A stretch of 64,000 nt of DNA from Schmidtea polychroa (lineage: Eukaryota): assembly GCA_044892525.1 (NCBI GenBank), contig CM097885.1:5830001-5894000 (forward strand), in the 5' to 3' direction. A program made the translations under genes and the position numbers. The notes under the pieces are model-generated. The model was not told where the DNA came from and made no database searches. It saw nothing but the letters and a program-made list of their open reading frames with translations. Below are positions 13,101 through 24,789 of the stretch, piece by piece (within the stretch, counting starts at the first letter, position 1; each line of letters begins with the position of its first letter).

Positions 13101-15139
13101 GAAATAACTATATCTTTAAAGATTGATATTTTAATGATAAGTACACGTAAAAGATCATATATTCCCCTCAGGCTAATAAGATTCCTTAAAATCCCTTTAA
13201 ATGACTATAGTTATATCTTTAATTCCTATTATCATACATATTTCACTATTGATAAAACCAGTTATAATTAAATTTTTGTTCTAAATGTAAATGACTACTC
13301 GAAATTTAAAATAAATATAACTGACTAGGTCCCATTGAAAGATTAAATTTATCCATTCAATGAAATATATTTCTTCAAATGATCATTTTTACCGATATTC
13401 AACCGATTTAATTACTAATTAAAATCACACGATAAATTTCTTCCAATAAAGATCAATATTTCTAAACTTTTGTCGTTGTCCGTCTAAATAAAGATAAAAA
13501 TAATTTAAAGTTGATAGCAATCCCAATTATCTGTAAAGATTTCATTGTCAAAACTCAGTAAATCGATCATTATCCCTACTTAATAAAACATTGTTCTAAA
13601 TTAATTTACTGTGCATTAATCACAACCTAATAAAACGATATAATTTCACATTATTAATGATTCATAATTGACTAATGTTTCTCAATTTCCCTTAAAACAT
13701 TGATATTTTACCAACACCACCCTTAAAATAATCATATATTCTCATCTTAACCGATCCCTCAATTAATCTAACCGACTATATCTCCCTTAAAAGATCATAT
13801 TTTCCCATCTTAACCGATCTCTCATTAAATCTCACCGACAATATCCCATCTTATCCGATCTATCACCAAATATTTCTACCCTTTTAAACATCTAACCGAA
13901 TATATCCTTTAATTCTACCCGCTTGGGGTTATATCCCTTTTAATTCAGGCAATCCACTTAAAATTCTTAAAGAACTTCAAAAATATGACTTTTCATTAAC
14001 TGTTATAGGCACCAAATATTCTTCCATTGAAATAATTTAGTAGCTATGTAGTAAGAGTTCACTAAAAGATCAAAATTCACTAAAATTTTCTACAAATATA
14101 TACCATCAAATAAGTAACTGGAGATGATATATATTGATTGATCATAATTCTTCAGCTATTCAACCAATCATTTTCAAGCAATAACAGCAAACTAAATTTC
14201 TGTATATTCTACAATAATTATCAAGTAAATTTAAAGTCCTTCATAAAGTTAACTGGTTTCTTAGCTTATGTTTTTTAATGTTTATAAATGTGTAAATATT
14301 CTTAGAAAATTATTGAAAAAATTATTTAGTCAAATATATTACAAAGTTATCATCAAAAATTTATTCTATCACTTAATTATTAACCTAATTGTCAATGAAA
14401 TTAATTTTTATTTAAAGTTTAAAAACAAGTCAATAAAAATGCATCCAATTATCAAGAAATTAATTAAATTTACCTTTAAATTAGCATTAAAACTTAAATA
14501 TTCATTCAATAAACATGAAATTTGGAAATATGATGGAAATCCACAAAAAACGTTAAAAATTCACAAAAATGATAGAAATCCGCAAAAATAATAGAAAATT
14601 ATAAAAATGATGGAAATTCATAAAAAAAATACCATGCTTTTTTATTGAAGACCGCCTTTTTCTATTGAAAATTCTAGGACCATGGAGACCCCCTCACTAT
14701 AGTCTGAATAATCCTTGGCTTTTTAAGTGTAGACCACCTTTTTGTATTGAAATTCTCAGGACCAAGAAGACCCACCTTAATTTACTTTGAAAATTCCATG
14801 CTTTTTTTAGTGATAGTCGGATTTTTCTATTGAAAATTTTTTTTGTATTGAAAATCCCAGGACCATCGACACCCGTCACTATAGTCTGTAAAAAATCCCT
14901 GCTTGTTTAGTGTAGACCGCCTTTTTGTATTGAAAATATCCTAAGACCTTAAATTACCATGCCATTTTATTGAAGACCGCCTTTTTCTATTGAAAAAATT
15001 TTTTTGTTTTGAAAATCCCAGGACCATCGAGACCCCCTCACTATAGTCTGAAAAATCCATGCTTTTTTAGTGATAATAAAAAGTTGCAGCAGAACCCCCT
15101 CCCGGGGTCATTGCTGCGGTGGGCTCCTAACTACCTACT
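10150..15139. mobile_element. Non-coding Polinton/Maverick-like remnant built of several tandem subrepeat blocks
   Basis: Ends CTAACTACCTACT at 15139, preceded by CCCCCTCCCGGGG, which is also seen near the ends of 34330-35751. 11800-11885 resembles the reverse complement of 35150-35220. Degenerate CAACTAGATACCAAGTACT arrays at 10400-10740 and 11900-12370; subterminal repeats at 14630-15070. Confidence 0.5.
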
Positions 15140-15627
15140 CAAGTATTTTTATATAAAAATTTTCAAATTTAACCAGACACTTTTATTTTTCAAGTGGTGT
15201 GAACTTCACTTTAAAGTACATTATCAAAAAATTTTCTATGTCAAGTGGTGTGACCTTCACTTTAAAGTACTTTCATTTTTTTAAAAATATTTTTCCAAGT
15301 ATTTTATTAAAGCATTTGTTCATTGTCCCAACATGTGTTGAAGAATATGATTTTATTTCTATAATATAAGATTTTCTATGTTTGATAATATATGAATGAT
15401 GTTAAATTATGTCATTTGATGTTGAAGTTTGAGACTTTGGAGGTCATTTTCCATGGAAACTATGCATTTTTTCTATATATAGACAATATAATTTTATGTT
15501 CGTTATAAAATTCCGAGTTTAAAAAACATTTTTCTCCATGTAGTGGTGTCGATGGGACACTACCATGCACGATAAATCAACCCCTTCACCATATTTCTTT
15601 TATACTTGAATTCACAAAAACTTTCGG

Positions 15628-15684
15628 AAGAAGTATAGAGACCTCCCCACGGAAGCGAGGGAGGCCCCGCAAACAGCCATTATG
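15628..15684 (+). pseudogene. AT-hook-coding 3' end of an LTR-borne ORF
   Basis: Translates RSIETSPRKRGRPRKQPL*; homologous to the end of ORF 40465-40668. Confidence 0.55.
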
Positions 15685-18062
15685 ATCCAAATATGATCGT
15701 TAACCACGACTTGCAACGACATTGATAGCGTTTAATTTGTATTGAGAAAAACTAGCTCATACGTTTCTTTAATTGTATCATTTCCTTTATTTTTCATGAA
15801 ATTTCGCGTAATAAATCATTTGAGTATCGCATTGTTAGCTTTGTCTGTTGTAGTACACCTTTGCGGCCAGGCAACTAGATATTAACATACAATTAATAAT
15901 TTTGCTGTGCGATTAAATTAATCTTTCTTTTATGTATATGGATGCGAGTAATAAATTTTCTTATTATCATTCCTTTTTAGTGTTAAAATGGTTCGAGAAT
16001 TTACGCAAAGACCGCGAGCAGGCCCAACAACAATCCGAAGACCTCCGGGTCCGAGTCGAAAAGCTCAAGGGGAAGTGCCGAGAATTCGAGGGCAGCTGGT
16101 TCAGCCCGGCAGAAATGAAGAAACGAACAGTACAGATCCTGCAACTTCAGACCCAGACAGAGCAAGATCAAATTGAAATACGGGCGCTAAAGTTACAGGG
16201 CCGCGCGCTCGAAGTCAAACTAAACGAGAAGTTCATCCAGGACACCCTCAAAGATGTTGGGCTAGAACTGATTTCTGGACCCAAAATACTAATTGTGACT
16301 GAAATGTGTAGGTACACAGCAAGTAAAAAAGCACCAAGTAAAGTTAAATATTAAAACCTACACCAAATAAACAATGGTAATTAAACAGAGAAAACAACAA
16401 AAATAATAAACACACAAATTAAATAAAATCATACAAAAGCAAGAAGTTATGCAAAATCTAACTCAAAAATAACCAAATAAACATAGAATTACAAAAAGCA
16501 AACTCGAATAACTTAAAAGATGGTAAAAACAGTAAAAAATTCCAGAAAACCCAGAACATTCCATTAAAATGGCGATGACCATCACAGAAGCCATAAAGGT
16601 TAGAGAAAATAAATAAATTAGTATTAAAAATAATAAATCTTAAAAAGAAATTCATAAAACACCAGTTAGAATAAAAAGTAAATTAAAAGTAATATAGAAT
16701 GTTCTGGAACCGTTCCAAATCCATCATGGACGTCAAATTAACGAAAAATAATAAAAAAATAAAAGTTTAAAAATAAAAACAAAAATTATGGCACAAAAAT
16801 CGCCATTAAAAATATCAAAATCGCAAAATAGAAAATTCTGGAATAAAAAGAATTCGAGTTTGTTTTAATGCATCAATACATACACGTGTACTAAATAGGT
16901 ATATATACTGACACGTTTCAGTCAGTATTTAGTATTATTTTTATGCCAAATTTTGAACAAAATTTTTCCAACCTACATAGTAAGTAGATTTGATTGAAAT
17001 TTTTTTATGTAGTTATGATTTACTTAAAATTAAAGTATTCCATATTTGATTTTTGTTTCTAAAATTTTTGTTGATGTACGAAGGTTCAACGGCGTACCGG
17101 TATTCCTGCGTCGTTGTTCAGTCCTACATTCGATTTTGTTAATATCCTCATAGTACATGCACACATACATTATTTATATTATACTAATCACTTATTATAC
17201 GGCTGTTTTTGTGTTCGGGTCCTTCGGAGGTCGAACTACTTCATGGTCCTGCCATGGAGTTAGGTCGAGGAAAACCTCCGGCTGACTCTTTGTATTTATG
17301 TAAGGTCGACCGTAAATGGTTGACTCAACACTCAACACTAAGGTTTGTGGAAGTGGTCACAGTGGGGCCATGGAAGCAATATTCTTCCCGACCTTTTACG
17401 TAACACATATTTAAATTCAACATTTAAAATCAGTGCTACAAAAAATACCCTAAGGTTGGTAAATTGAGTAGATCTCATACCTAAAATTCAACAAATCACA
17501 CTTAGTATAGACGGTTGAGTTCCTAAAAATTGACTCTGCCCATACATTGTCGAACCTAGATAAATTTTTTGAATAAAGTAAAGAATTTTCATAATGATTT
17601 AGTTCGTAACTAAGGTTCGATAGATGTATTGGCAGGGCTTGGATTTTTCATTAAATGCAATTAACTGAATACGAATCATATACCTTTAGAACATAGAATC
17701 CCGTCATAATCTTATGAAGTGTTGAAGAATAGTTATAGTTGGGCCCTTCTAAAGGATGGTTATGGATAAATTCGTCGCTAAAAATGTGAATTACCAGTAG
17801 CTGTAGATAAATGCTGTTACAGAAATAGATGGAAATTTTTATGAATTATAGATAATTAGAAACATAAATTAAAATTGCGAAAGTACTTTATACCTAAATA
17901 TATCAATTTTGATCGTAAAAGTAGGAATTCTAAATTGTCATGGGTAAAATTTGCTTACAAAACCATAAATTACAGATCGTTACATGAAAGTTTTATTAAA
18001 ATATAATAATTAGATATGAATTTTTAGCATGAACCTCAACTGCAAAGTCAAAGTTTTAAAAT

Positions 18063-18367
18063 CCAAAATTTTAAATATAAAACATAAATTTCAACTATAA
18101 AATATAAATTAATCCAAAATTTTAAATATAAAATATAAATTTCAACTATAAAATATAAATTAAACCAAAATTTTAAATATAAAATATAAATTTCAACTAT
18201 ATAATATAAATTAATCCAAAATTTTAAACATAAAGTATAAATTTCAACTATAAAATATAAATTAAACCAAAATTTTAAATATAAAATATAAATTTCAACT
18301 ATATAATATAAATTAATCCAAAATTTTAAACATAAAGTATAAATTTCAACTATAAAATATAAATTTT
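18063..18367. repeat. 51-bp AT-rich tandem repeat (~6 copies) inside the giant LTR
   Basis: Unit CCAAAATTTTAAATATAAAATATAAATTTCAACTATAAAATATAAATTAAT; copies start at 18063, 18114, 18165 and onward. Confidence 0.9.
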
Positions 18368-18429
18368 GGTTATGAAAGTATTAACTTCAATTTAAAAATT
18401 TTAAATTATAAATTATATACATACTCTTA

Positions 18430-18465
<36 letters not shown>

Positions 18466-18472
18466 GTTGTTG

Positions 18473-18534
<62 letters not shown>

Positions 18535-18697
18535 ATCATTATTATTATTATTATCATTATTATTATCATTATAATTATTACTAGGATCACTCTTCCTAGT
18601 GTTATTCTTATCAACCGTATGATTATCATTATTATTATTATTACTATTATTTCATTATTAATTTCCAAAAATCAAAATTTGATTGAATTTTATCTAG

Positions 18698-19128
18698 TGT
18701 TCAAACTATTGGAAAATTTGCGAAAGGACAGGGAAGAAGCTCAAAAACATGCCGAGGAGCTCCGCATACGGGTAGACAAGCTCAAGGGACGGTGCCGGGG
18801 ACTAGAAAGCACCTGGTTTAGTCCCGAGGATATGAAAAAGAAGGTGGCGCAGGTCCTTCAACTGCAGACTCAAGCCGCGCAGGATCAGATGGAGATCCGG
18901 GCACTGAAGCTCCAGCTCCGCGCGTTAGAAACCGAGCGCAATGAACAAGTAGTACACGGAGCCGCCATAAGCCAAATCCGGCCGTTGACCGTGGAACTAG
19001 CAGCAATATACCCTCCGGCCGCGAAAGAGAAACCCAAAAGAAAGCGGTTAGGACGGAACATCCGGGAGAAGTTAAAGAAGGCTAGGTTAGCCGAGTATGA
19101 GCGACAAGAAAAATCTACACCAGTGTAA
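18698..19128 (+). CDS. LTR-encoded coiled-coil protein exon with basic C-terminus (unknown family)
   Basis: Open, GC-richer than the flanks, and preceded by an AG acceptor conserved in three copies. FKLLENLRKDRE..LESTWFSPEDMKK..EIRALKLQ..VELAAIYPP..KPKRKRLGRN. Confidence 0.6.
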
Positions 19129-19534
19129 TTTCCGCGATGTGAACAGTCACTTATGCTAGATACATTGAGTTTTCCTTTTTTTTTGTTGTTTATTGTTAAT
19201 GTCTAAATACAAATTTAGTTAAATTAATGTATGAAGTATGTTGTTTGCAAACGTTGAGTGACTGAAAATCGAGGTGTTGAGAGTTGGGAAAACAATTTCG
19301 AATAGGGGACCTGAGGAAATCGGACACATACCTTCTAACGGTAGTCCGTGAACCCGTGGAGTACTCGACAATTATAGTGCTTTGATGCGCTCACTTTTTG
19401 TGGGTACTCAACCCTTGGTACAGTACCAACGTTGATCACTCAACGGGTACCAAGCGGAAAAACAATGTTGTATTTTGGGTTACGCTGGTAACAGCACTCA
19501 CTCATTCAACCACCAGTAACCCACCATACAAATT

Positions 19535-19552
19535 TGGGGGCTCAGTCGGGAT
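19535..19552 (+). promoter_or_regulatory. Primer-binding site, tRNA-Pro type
   Basis: TGGGGGCTCAGTCGGGAT is a 15/18 match to the canonical tRNA-Pro PBS TGGGGGCTCGTCCGGGAT and lies just after the LTR end. Confidence 0.7.
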
Positions 19553-20218
19553 TTGAAAATTTAATTGGTGAAAGAACCCGAGAATAGATATAAGGGGGAG
19601 AGCAAAAGCTGATATAAAGTGATATGCATTCAGGAACGAGCAAGTTGTTTTCCCAAACACTTAAACCTAGTACATGGATGTATGAATATGATGAAATATA
19701 TGTGGAATGTCTTAATGAGTGATGGAAGTTTTAAAGTATGACAACATATGAATATATTGAAAGTGAGTATGAGAACACTGTACGAATAGCGTAGTAATAG
19801 AATGAATGATGATAAACGAAAATTAATACGAAAACAAAAATATAATAAAAATTGTAAATAATTAGCGATTAGTAAAATGTAAATATAAAGAAATAATAAA
19901 AATTTTAAAATAGGGAAAAGGGGAGATAGCGCGCTAATAAAGATAGAACGAATGAACAATGTAATTAAACTTAGTCGGAAACGTGTAAAATAGGGCGATA
20001 ACGAATGGGATATGGGTTATATATAATGAAACGATTATAATAAAATCACAAAATCATGAGAGAAATTTGCGCAGGATAGAACATTAAACAGAGGGAGACG
20101 GGGATGTTGAAGCACTAATAAAATAAGGTATTCTGGATATTAGAGGGAAAATGATAAAGGGAGAAAATGACGCGGAATATTAATAAAAAGAGAACTTTAA
20201 TTAATAAATCTTAATTAG

Positions 20219-20603
20219 ATGGAATCAACCGGCTACATTACAAAGAGACTCGAAAAATTCGTAAATCTAACACACAATTCGTTACAACGGCTAAATCGCA
20301 AAGTAGACCAGTTGATGAAAATCCAAGACGAGATGAGCTTGAATCCAAGACCGCAAGCTGAGGAAATATGTGTAATGATGAAAATAGCAACACCTAATGC
20401 AGAATTGACCACTAAAAGAGTTTATCAAATTCAAAATTTACAATTAGATAATGCCAAATTTAACATCAAATGGCAGGAGATAATGATGAAAATGGAGACG
20501 ATCGAAGAAGAAATTAAAGAAGCGATCGAACGTCAAGTGAAAGACTTTAGAAAATGCTTCATATGCAGAACCAATGAAATACGAGTAATGACGATCCCAT
20601 GTG
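20219..20603 (+). pseudogene. Retroelement accessory ORF: coiled coil plus truncated IAP-type RING
   Basis: ..EEIKEAIERQVKDFRKCFICRTNEIRVMTIPCG, then a deletion junction into the 3' LTR end. Confidence 0.6.
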
Positions 20604-21214
20604 GTTACGCTGGTAACAGCACTCAATCATTCAACCACCAGTAACCCACCAAAGATCAGATTCACCCATACCCGTGGAACTGGCCGAGATCTACCCACCC
20701 GTACAGACGAGCAAGCCAAAACGCAAGAGGCTAGGGCGAAACACCCGACAAAAGCTGAAAAGGGCCTGGTTAGCAGAACAAGAGAAGTTAAGAAAACCCG
20801 AGTCAGCTCAATCATCCTTAATCGCGAGTGAATGCATGGATTCTAATATAGTGATACACATACTGTCGAAACTTGTGATAATTGAATAAATAGTGTTAAC
20901 AATCTAATGTGTATGAGGTTGAGTCGTGTGATCGCTGAAGACAACGAAGTTGGCATAAGGGTGTTTGGGAAAACAATTTCGGTAAGGGACCTCAGAAAAT
21001 CGGACACAATCCTTCTAACGGTAGTCCGTGGACCCATAGAGTACTCGACAATTATAGTGCTTTAGTGCGCTCACATTTTGCGAGTACTCACCAACTTGAT
21101 ACAGTACCAACGTTGATTACACAACGGGTATCAAGCGGTAAATAATGTTGTATCTTGGGGTTACGCTGGTACCAGCACTGAATGACAGATATTTGATCAC
21201 CAGTAACCCACCAA

Positions 21215-21484
21215 TCGCAATTATTCGGATATGTTTTCGGTTGTTTGTATGTTTTTCTGTTATATATGAGTAAGATTTTGTGCAATACTTCTTGTTTGGT
21301 TTCATTTTATTTTTTTTTGTATGTTTTAGTTTTCGTGTGTCATTTTCTTCATTATTAATGTTTAATTGGCGTTTTATATGTTTTGATTTTTATTAAACTT
21401 AATGCTGAGTTGCCGGTTGTGTATTGACACATTTCAGTCACGAAATTGGTTTCTTGGGTCTTAGAAATCAGTTCTAGTCCAACA
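21215..21484 (-). mobile_element. 5' end fragment of the giant LTR family (inverted)
   Basis: Reverse complement reads TGTTGGACTAGAACTGATTTCT.. and is similar to 16255-16500. Confidence 0.75.
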
Positions 21485-22196
21485 CCGGTTTCAAGTTTTT
21501 GATGTTAAATGGGTTCTTTGCCTTTATCCGACACTACTTGCTCTAAGAATGTTACTCTTTCTTTTTGTTTTACTGTCGTTTAGGTGTTTCTTCAGCATAC
21601 TTGAATATATCAGTAATATACCTTAATCATTAAGGCTTTAAAAATGAAAGTTCTTTGATAGGATCTTTTCGTGTGCTTTTCTTGAATCACATGTTGTATT
21701 TGTTTTCATGGAACTGCTTTTTCTATCAATTGATCTATGGACATAAAACTTAAGGAAAATAACTCATTCCAAACAAGCATGTTTTTTATTTTAAAAATAA
21801 ATTGTTTTTAAAAAGATTCTCAGCGGATCATATTTATATTTTCTTTAATGAGAGTCATTTCAAATCATTTATATTAAAATTATATACTTGACAGTAACAA
21901 TTGCTTTATTTAACACTAGAACTAAAAACATGTCAAAATGAAGGATTTCACATTTTTTAGTTTAATTTTATTAACACTTTCATGAATTTCTGTAAGATTT
22001 TACGATTAAATTTAAAGTAATTAAAATATTATTTGATTTAAGATTTAAGTACGATAATTTCAATGATAGCTTTAACATATACATAAATGCACCAATCAAC
22101 ACTGATAGTTCTTGTGTAAAATATATGTCATTTAAATATTTTCTATAAATTTAAATTTAAATATATTACTTATCTATATTAATCAATTTTAAAATT

Positions 22197-23645
22197 ATGG
22201 CATGTTTAGGAGGAGAAGCTCAAAAACGCCATGAATATTTCTTGAAAAAAATAACAAAAAAGAACAACGAAGTGAAAAATATTCACAGAATAATTTTAAT
22301 AGGTACTGGTGAATCGGGAAAATCAACTTTCGTTAAACAAATGAAACTTTTATCCTCGATCAACCAAACATTTCCTGACGTTTATCGTGCTAAATTTATT
22401 CCGGAAATACAGCGGAATCTCGTTCAAGCGTTGACGGCTATTTTGCAATTTATGGACCAAGTGAAGCTTGATTTCAAACAACCCAACGCCCATTTGCATA
22501 CAGCAAAGAAGGAATTGTATGAAATTCGCGATCAGATTGATAAAAATCCTGATACTATTGAGAAGTATGCCAATAGTAGCGAAATTGACGTGCGAAATAT
22601 TTTTTATGATAATTGCAAGGCTTTATGGAGAGATCCAAACATACTCGATACATTTCAAAGATCGAACGAATACCAACTGATTGACAGTGCTCAATATTTT
22701 CTTGATAAGATAGATTTGATCCGCCAGCCTGATTACAAACCATCTGATGACGATGTCCTTCAGTGCCGAACAAAAACTCTTGGAATTCATACAGAGATTA
22801 TTAACTATAATAATGTCAATTTCGAATTGGTTGATGTTGGTGGCCAAAGAGATCAAAGAGCAAAATGGATAGAAGCATTAAGCGATGGGGTAACAGCGGT
22901 GATATTTTTAACAGATGTTTCTGCGTATGATATGGTTTTAGCCGAAGATCAAACTACAAATCGCTTAAGAGAATCGGTAAGCTTATTGGGACAAGTGTGG
23001 ACAAAAAATCCTTTACGAGATAAATCAATTATCCTTTTTCTCAATAAGCAAGATAAATTAGAAATGAAAGTACGAAAAGGACGAACTCAAATTGAGACAT
23101 ATTTTCCAGAATTTAAACAAGAAAAATGCAAACATATTTTTGAATTAATTAAAGACCTCAAAGCTGCTCGTGGAAAACGAAGCAAGAAAGAGAGTGATAT
23201 TTGGGAGAAGTATTTTTCATATTTTCTTCCCCAAATGCGGGATCAGAAAAAAACAGAAAATCCTGAAGATGCAACACGCCAACAAAGAGAGACTCAAATT
23301 ATTAACGAGTATTCACAAATTCAGTCGCAAGTCGCAAAAGTTTTTAATGACGGTTCGGTGGATAAATGGCTAACGGATGGAGATGATGATGACATATTTT
23401 CTCATTTGATGAAAAATGACGAGTTTATCAGTTTTCATAAAAGAATAATGAATATAACATTTTATCAGGTGGTTAGCATAACTTTCTTCATAGAAAATCA
23501 ATTTCTGCACCAATGTGAACAGACAAGCAATCGACATATTTATCCGTATCCGACTACAGCCATTGATAAGAGAAATGTTGATCGAGTGTTTGAGTCTTGC
23601 AAAGATATCCTCCAAGGCAAACTTCTCACTGAGATAATGGCGTAG
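22197..23645 (+). CDS. Heterotrimeric G protein alpha subunit, divergent Gs-like, intronless, 482 aa
   Basis: GTGESGKSTFVKQM, RSNEYQLIDSAQYFLDK, QCRTKTLGI, DVGGQR, IILFLNKQD, YPYPTTAID..RVFESCKDI. N-terminal MACLG resembles Gs MGCLG. Confidence 0.95.
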   Translation: MACLGGEAQKRHEYFLKKITKKNNEVKNIHRIILIGTGESGKSTFVKQMKLLSSINQTFPDVYRAKFIPEIQRNLVQALTAILQFMDQVKLDFKQPNAHLHTAKKELYEIRDQIDKNPDTIEKYANSSEIDVRNIFYDNCKALWRDPNILDTFQRSNEYQLIDSAQYFLDKIDLIRQPDYKPSDDDVLQCRTKTLGIHTEIINYNNVNFELVDVGGQRDQRAKWIEALSDGVTAVIFLTDVSAYDMVLAEDQTTNRLRESVSLLGQVWTKNPLRDKSIILFLNKQDKLEMKVRKGRTQIETYFPEFKQEKCKHIFELIKDLKAARGKRSKKESDIWEKYFSYFLPQMRDQKKTENPEDATRQQRETQIINEYSQIQSQVAKVFNDGSVDKWLTDGDDDDIFSHLMKNDEFISFHKRIMNITFYQVVSITFFIENQFLHQCEQTSNRHIYPYPTTAIDKRNVDRVFESCKDILQGKLLTEIMA

Positions 23646-24155
23646 TCTCGTTTTATTATTTATTTTTTTTAGTGTTTTCCAAAGTTGAATCGTTGGTCAT
23701 TATAAAATATATTTAGTTGTATAAAGTATGACTACATTTATACTTAACACTTGTGAAGAAACTAATATTATTTTCTTTTTGTTAATAAGAAAGGATTCTT
23801 GATCAAAGATCTTACAATCAAATGACTACAGTTAAATAATAGTTGTAACATTAGTTTTCGATAAATTTTAATCAGGGATTTACTTTAATCAAATAGAAAT
23901 ATTAAAATGTAAGTATGTTATGATTTAATAAATATAAAACTAATACATGATCATAACCAAAAATCATTGATACAAAATTTTACATTCATAAATTTTCAAA
24001 AATGAAAGCAAATAGTTTTGTTTAAATTCATCAGAATTGATTTTCTTTTAAATATGAATCTTAAAAACAATTAGTAACTTTAATTTAAAACTTCATTATT
24101 TATTTTGTTTGCTATATTTTGGTTAAATAATATTATATATAGAATTAGTTCAATT

Positions 24156-24742
24156 ATGACTTATACAAATGAAAAGTATACTATGTTTTATAAAAATTCA
24201 GTTTTCAGTCAATTTTATGCTTGCAATTTTACTGTTAATAATCAGAAATTCAATTGCTGTTTGCAATATATGATGTATAAAAAAGCATGTACAACTATTT
24301 GTCAGGTATTATTATTTATTCATTGAATTTAGTATTATTTCACGATGAAAAAATCGCAAAAAAAATATTAAAAGAAAGAAAGCCGATAATTATCAAAGAA
24401 CTTGGTCGACAGGTTCATGATTTTAATGAGATTGTTTGGCAAGAAAATCGAGAGAAAATTGCTAAAGAGGGAAATAAAGCGAAAGTATTGTAAATAAATT
24501 TGACAGACAATTTTATTTTATTATAATAGTTTACTCAAAATAAGGATCTTTTATTGAACTTATTAAGCACAAAGGGTTCGAAGCTCGTGGAAACGAATCC
24601 AAATGATTTGATATGGGGTATCGGATATTCTGAAACCGACCCAGAAGCGTTCGATGAGACAAAATGGCGAGGATTAAATTTATTGGGGAAAATTATCTCT
24701 GATATTCGAGATGAAATATTATCTGAAAATTCAACTAATTGA
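24156..24742 (+). CDS. NADAR/YbiA-family protein, copy 1 (3 exons, 165 aa)
   Basis: Exons 24156-24288, 24333-24484 and 24530-24742 (44- and 45-nt GT-AG introns). FSQFY, MMYKKALLF, LGRQV, KFTQN, LVETNPNDLIWGIG, WRGLNLLG. Confidence 0.9.
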
Positions 24743-24789
24743 TTTTAATAAATTTTGTTTGTCTTTATTTCTATTTTCCCATTGGTTTG

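Larger units (their letters stand above)
16255..20651 (+). mobile_element. Internally deleted giant LTR retrotransposon: 5' LTR 16255-19526, PBS, 1.1 kb internal region, last ~50 bp of the 3' LTR
   Basis: Starts TGTTGGGCTAG and ends GTAACCCACCA. AAGA flanks both sides (4-bp TSD; can also be read as CAAAGA). GGTTACGCTGGTAACAGCACTCA..GTAACCCACCA occurs at both about 19478-19526 and 20603-20651. Confidence 0.8.
15600..21213 (+). mobile_element. Older giant-LTR copy (5'-truncated), split by the 16255-20651 insertion
   Basis: The coiled-coil ORF breaks at ..DTLKD (16254) and resumes at about 20656 with QIHP / VELAEIYPP..KPKRKRLGRN. Ends GTAACCCACCA at 21213. Confidence 0.75.

Noticed and set aside
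19250..19526. Conserved antisense protein (GLxV..TLVL pattern) at the LTR 3' end, echoed near 4100, 21150, 25100, 39550 and 54350
   Set aside because: All copies have stops or frameshifts, and the similarity may only reflect nucleotide conservation of the LTR end. It cannot be supported without a consensus reconstruction.
16255..21484. A single DNA transposon with ~250-bp TIRs
   Set aside because: No matching TSD at 16254/21485. Better explained as two independent LTR 5' ends in opposite orientation, since the 16255 copy has its TSD at 20652.
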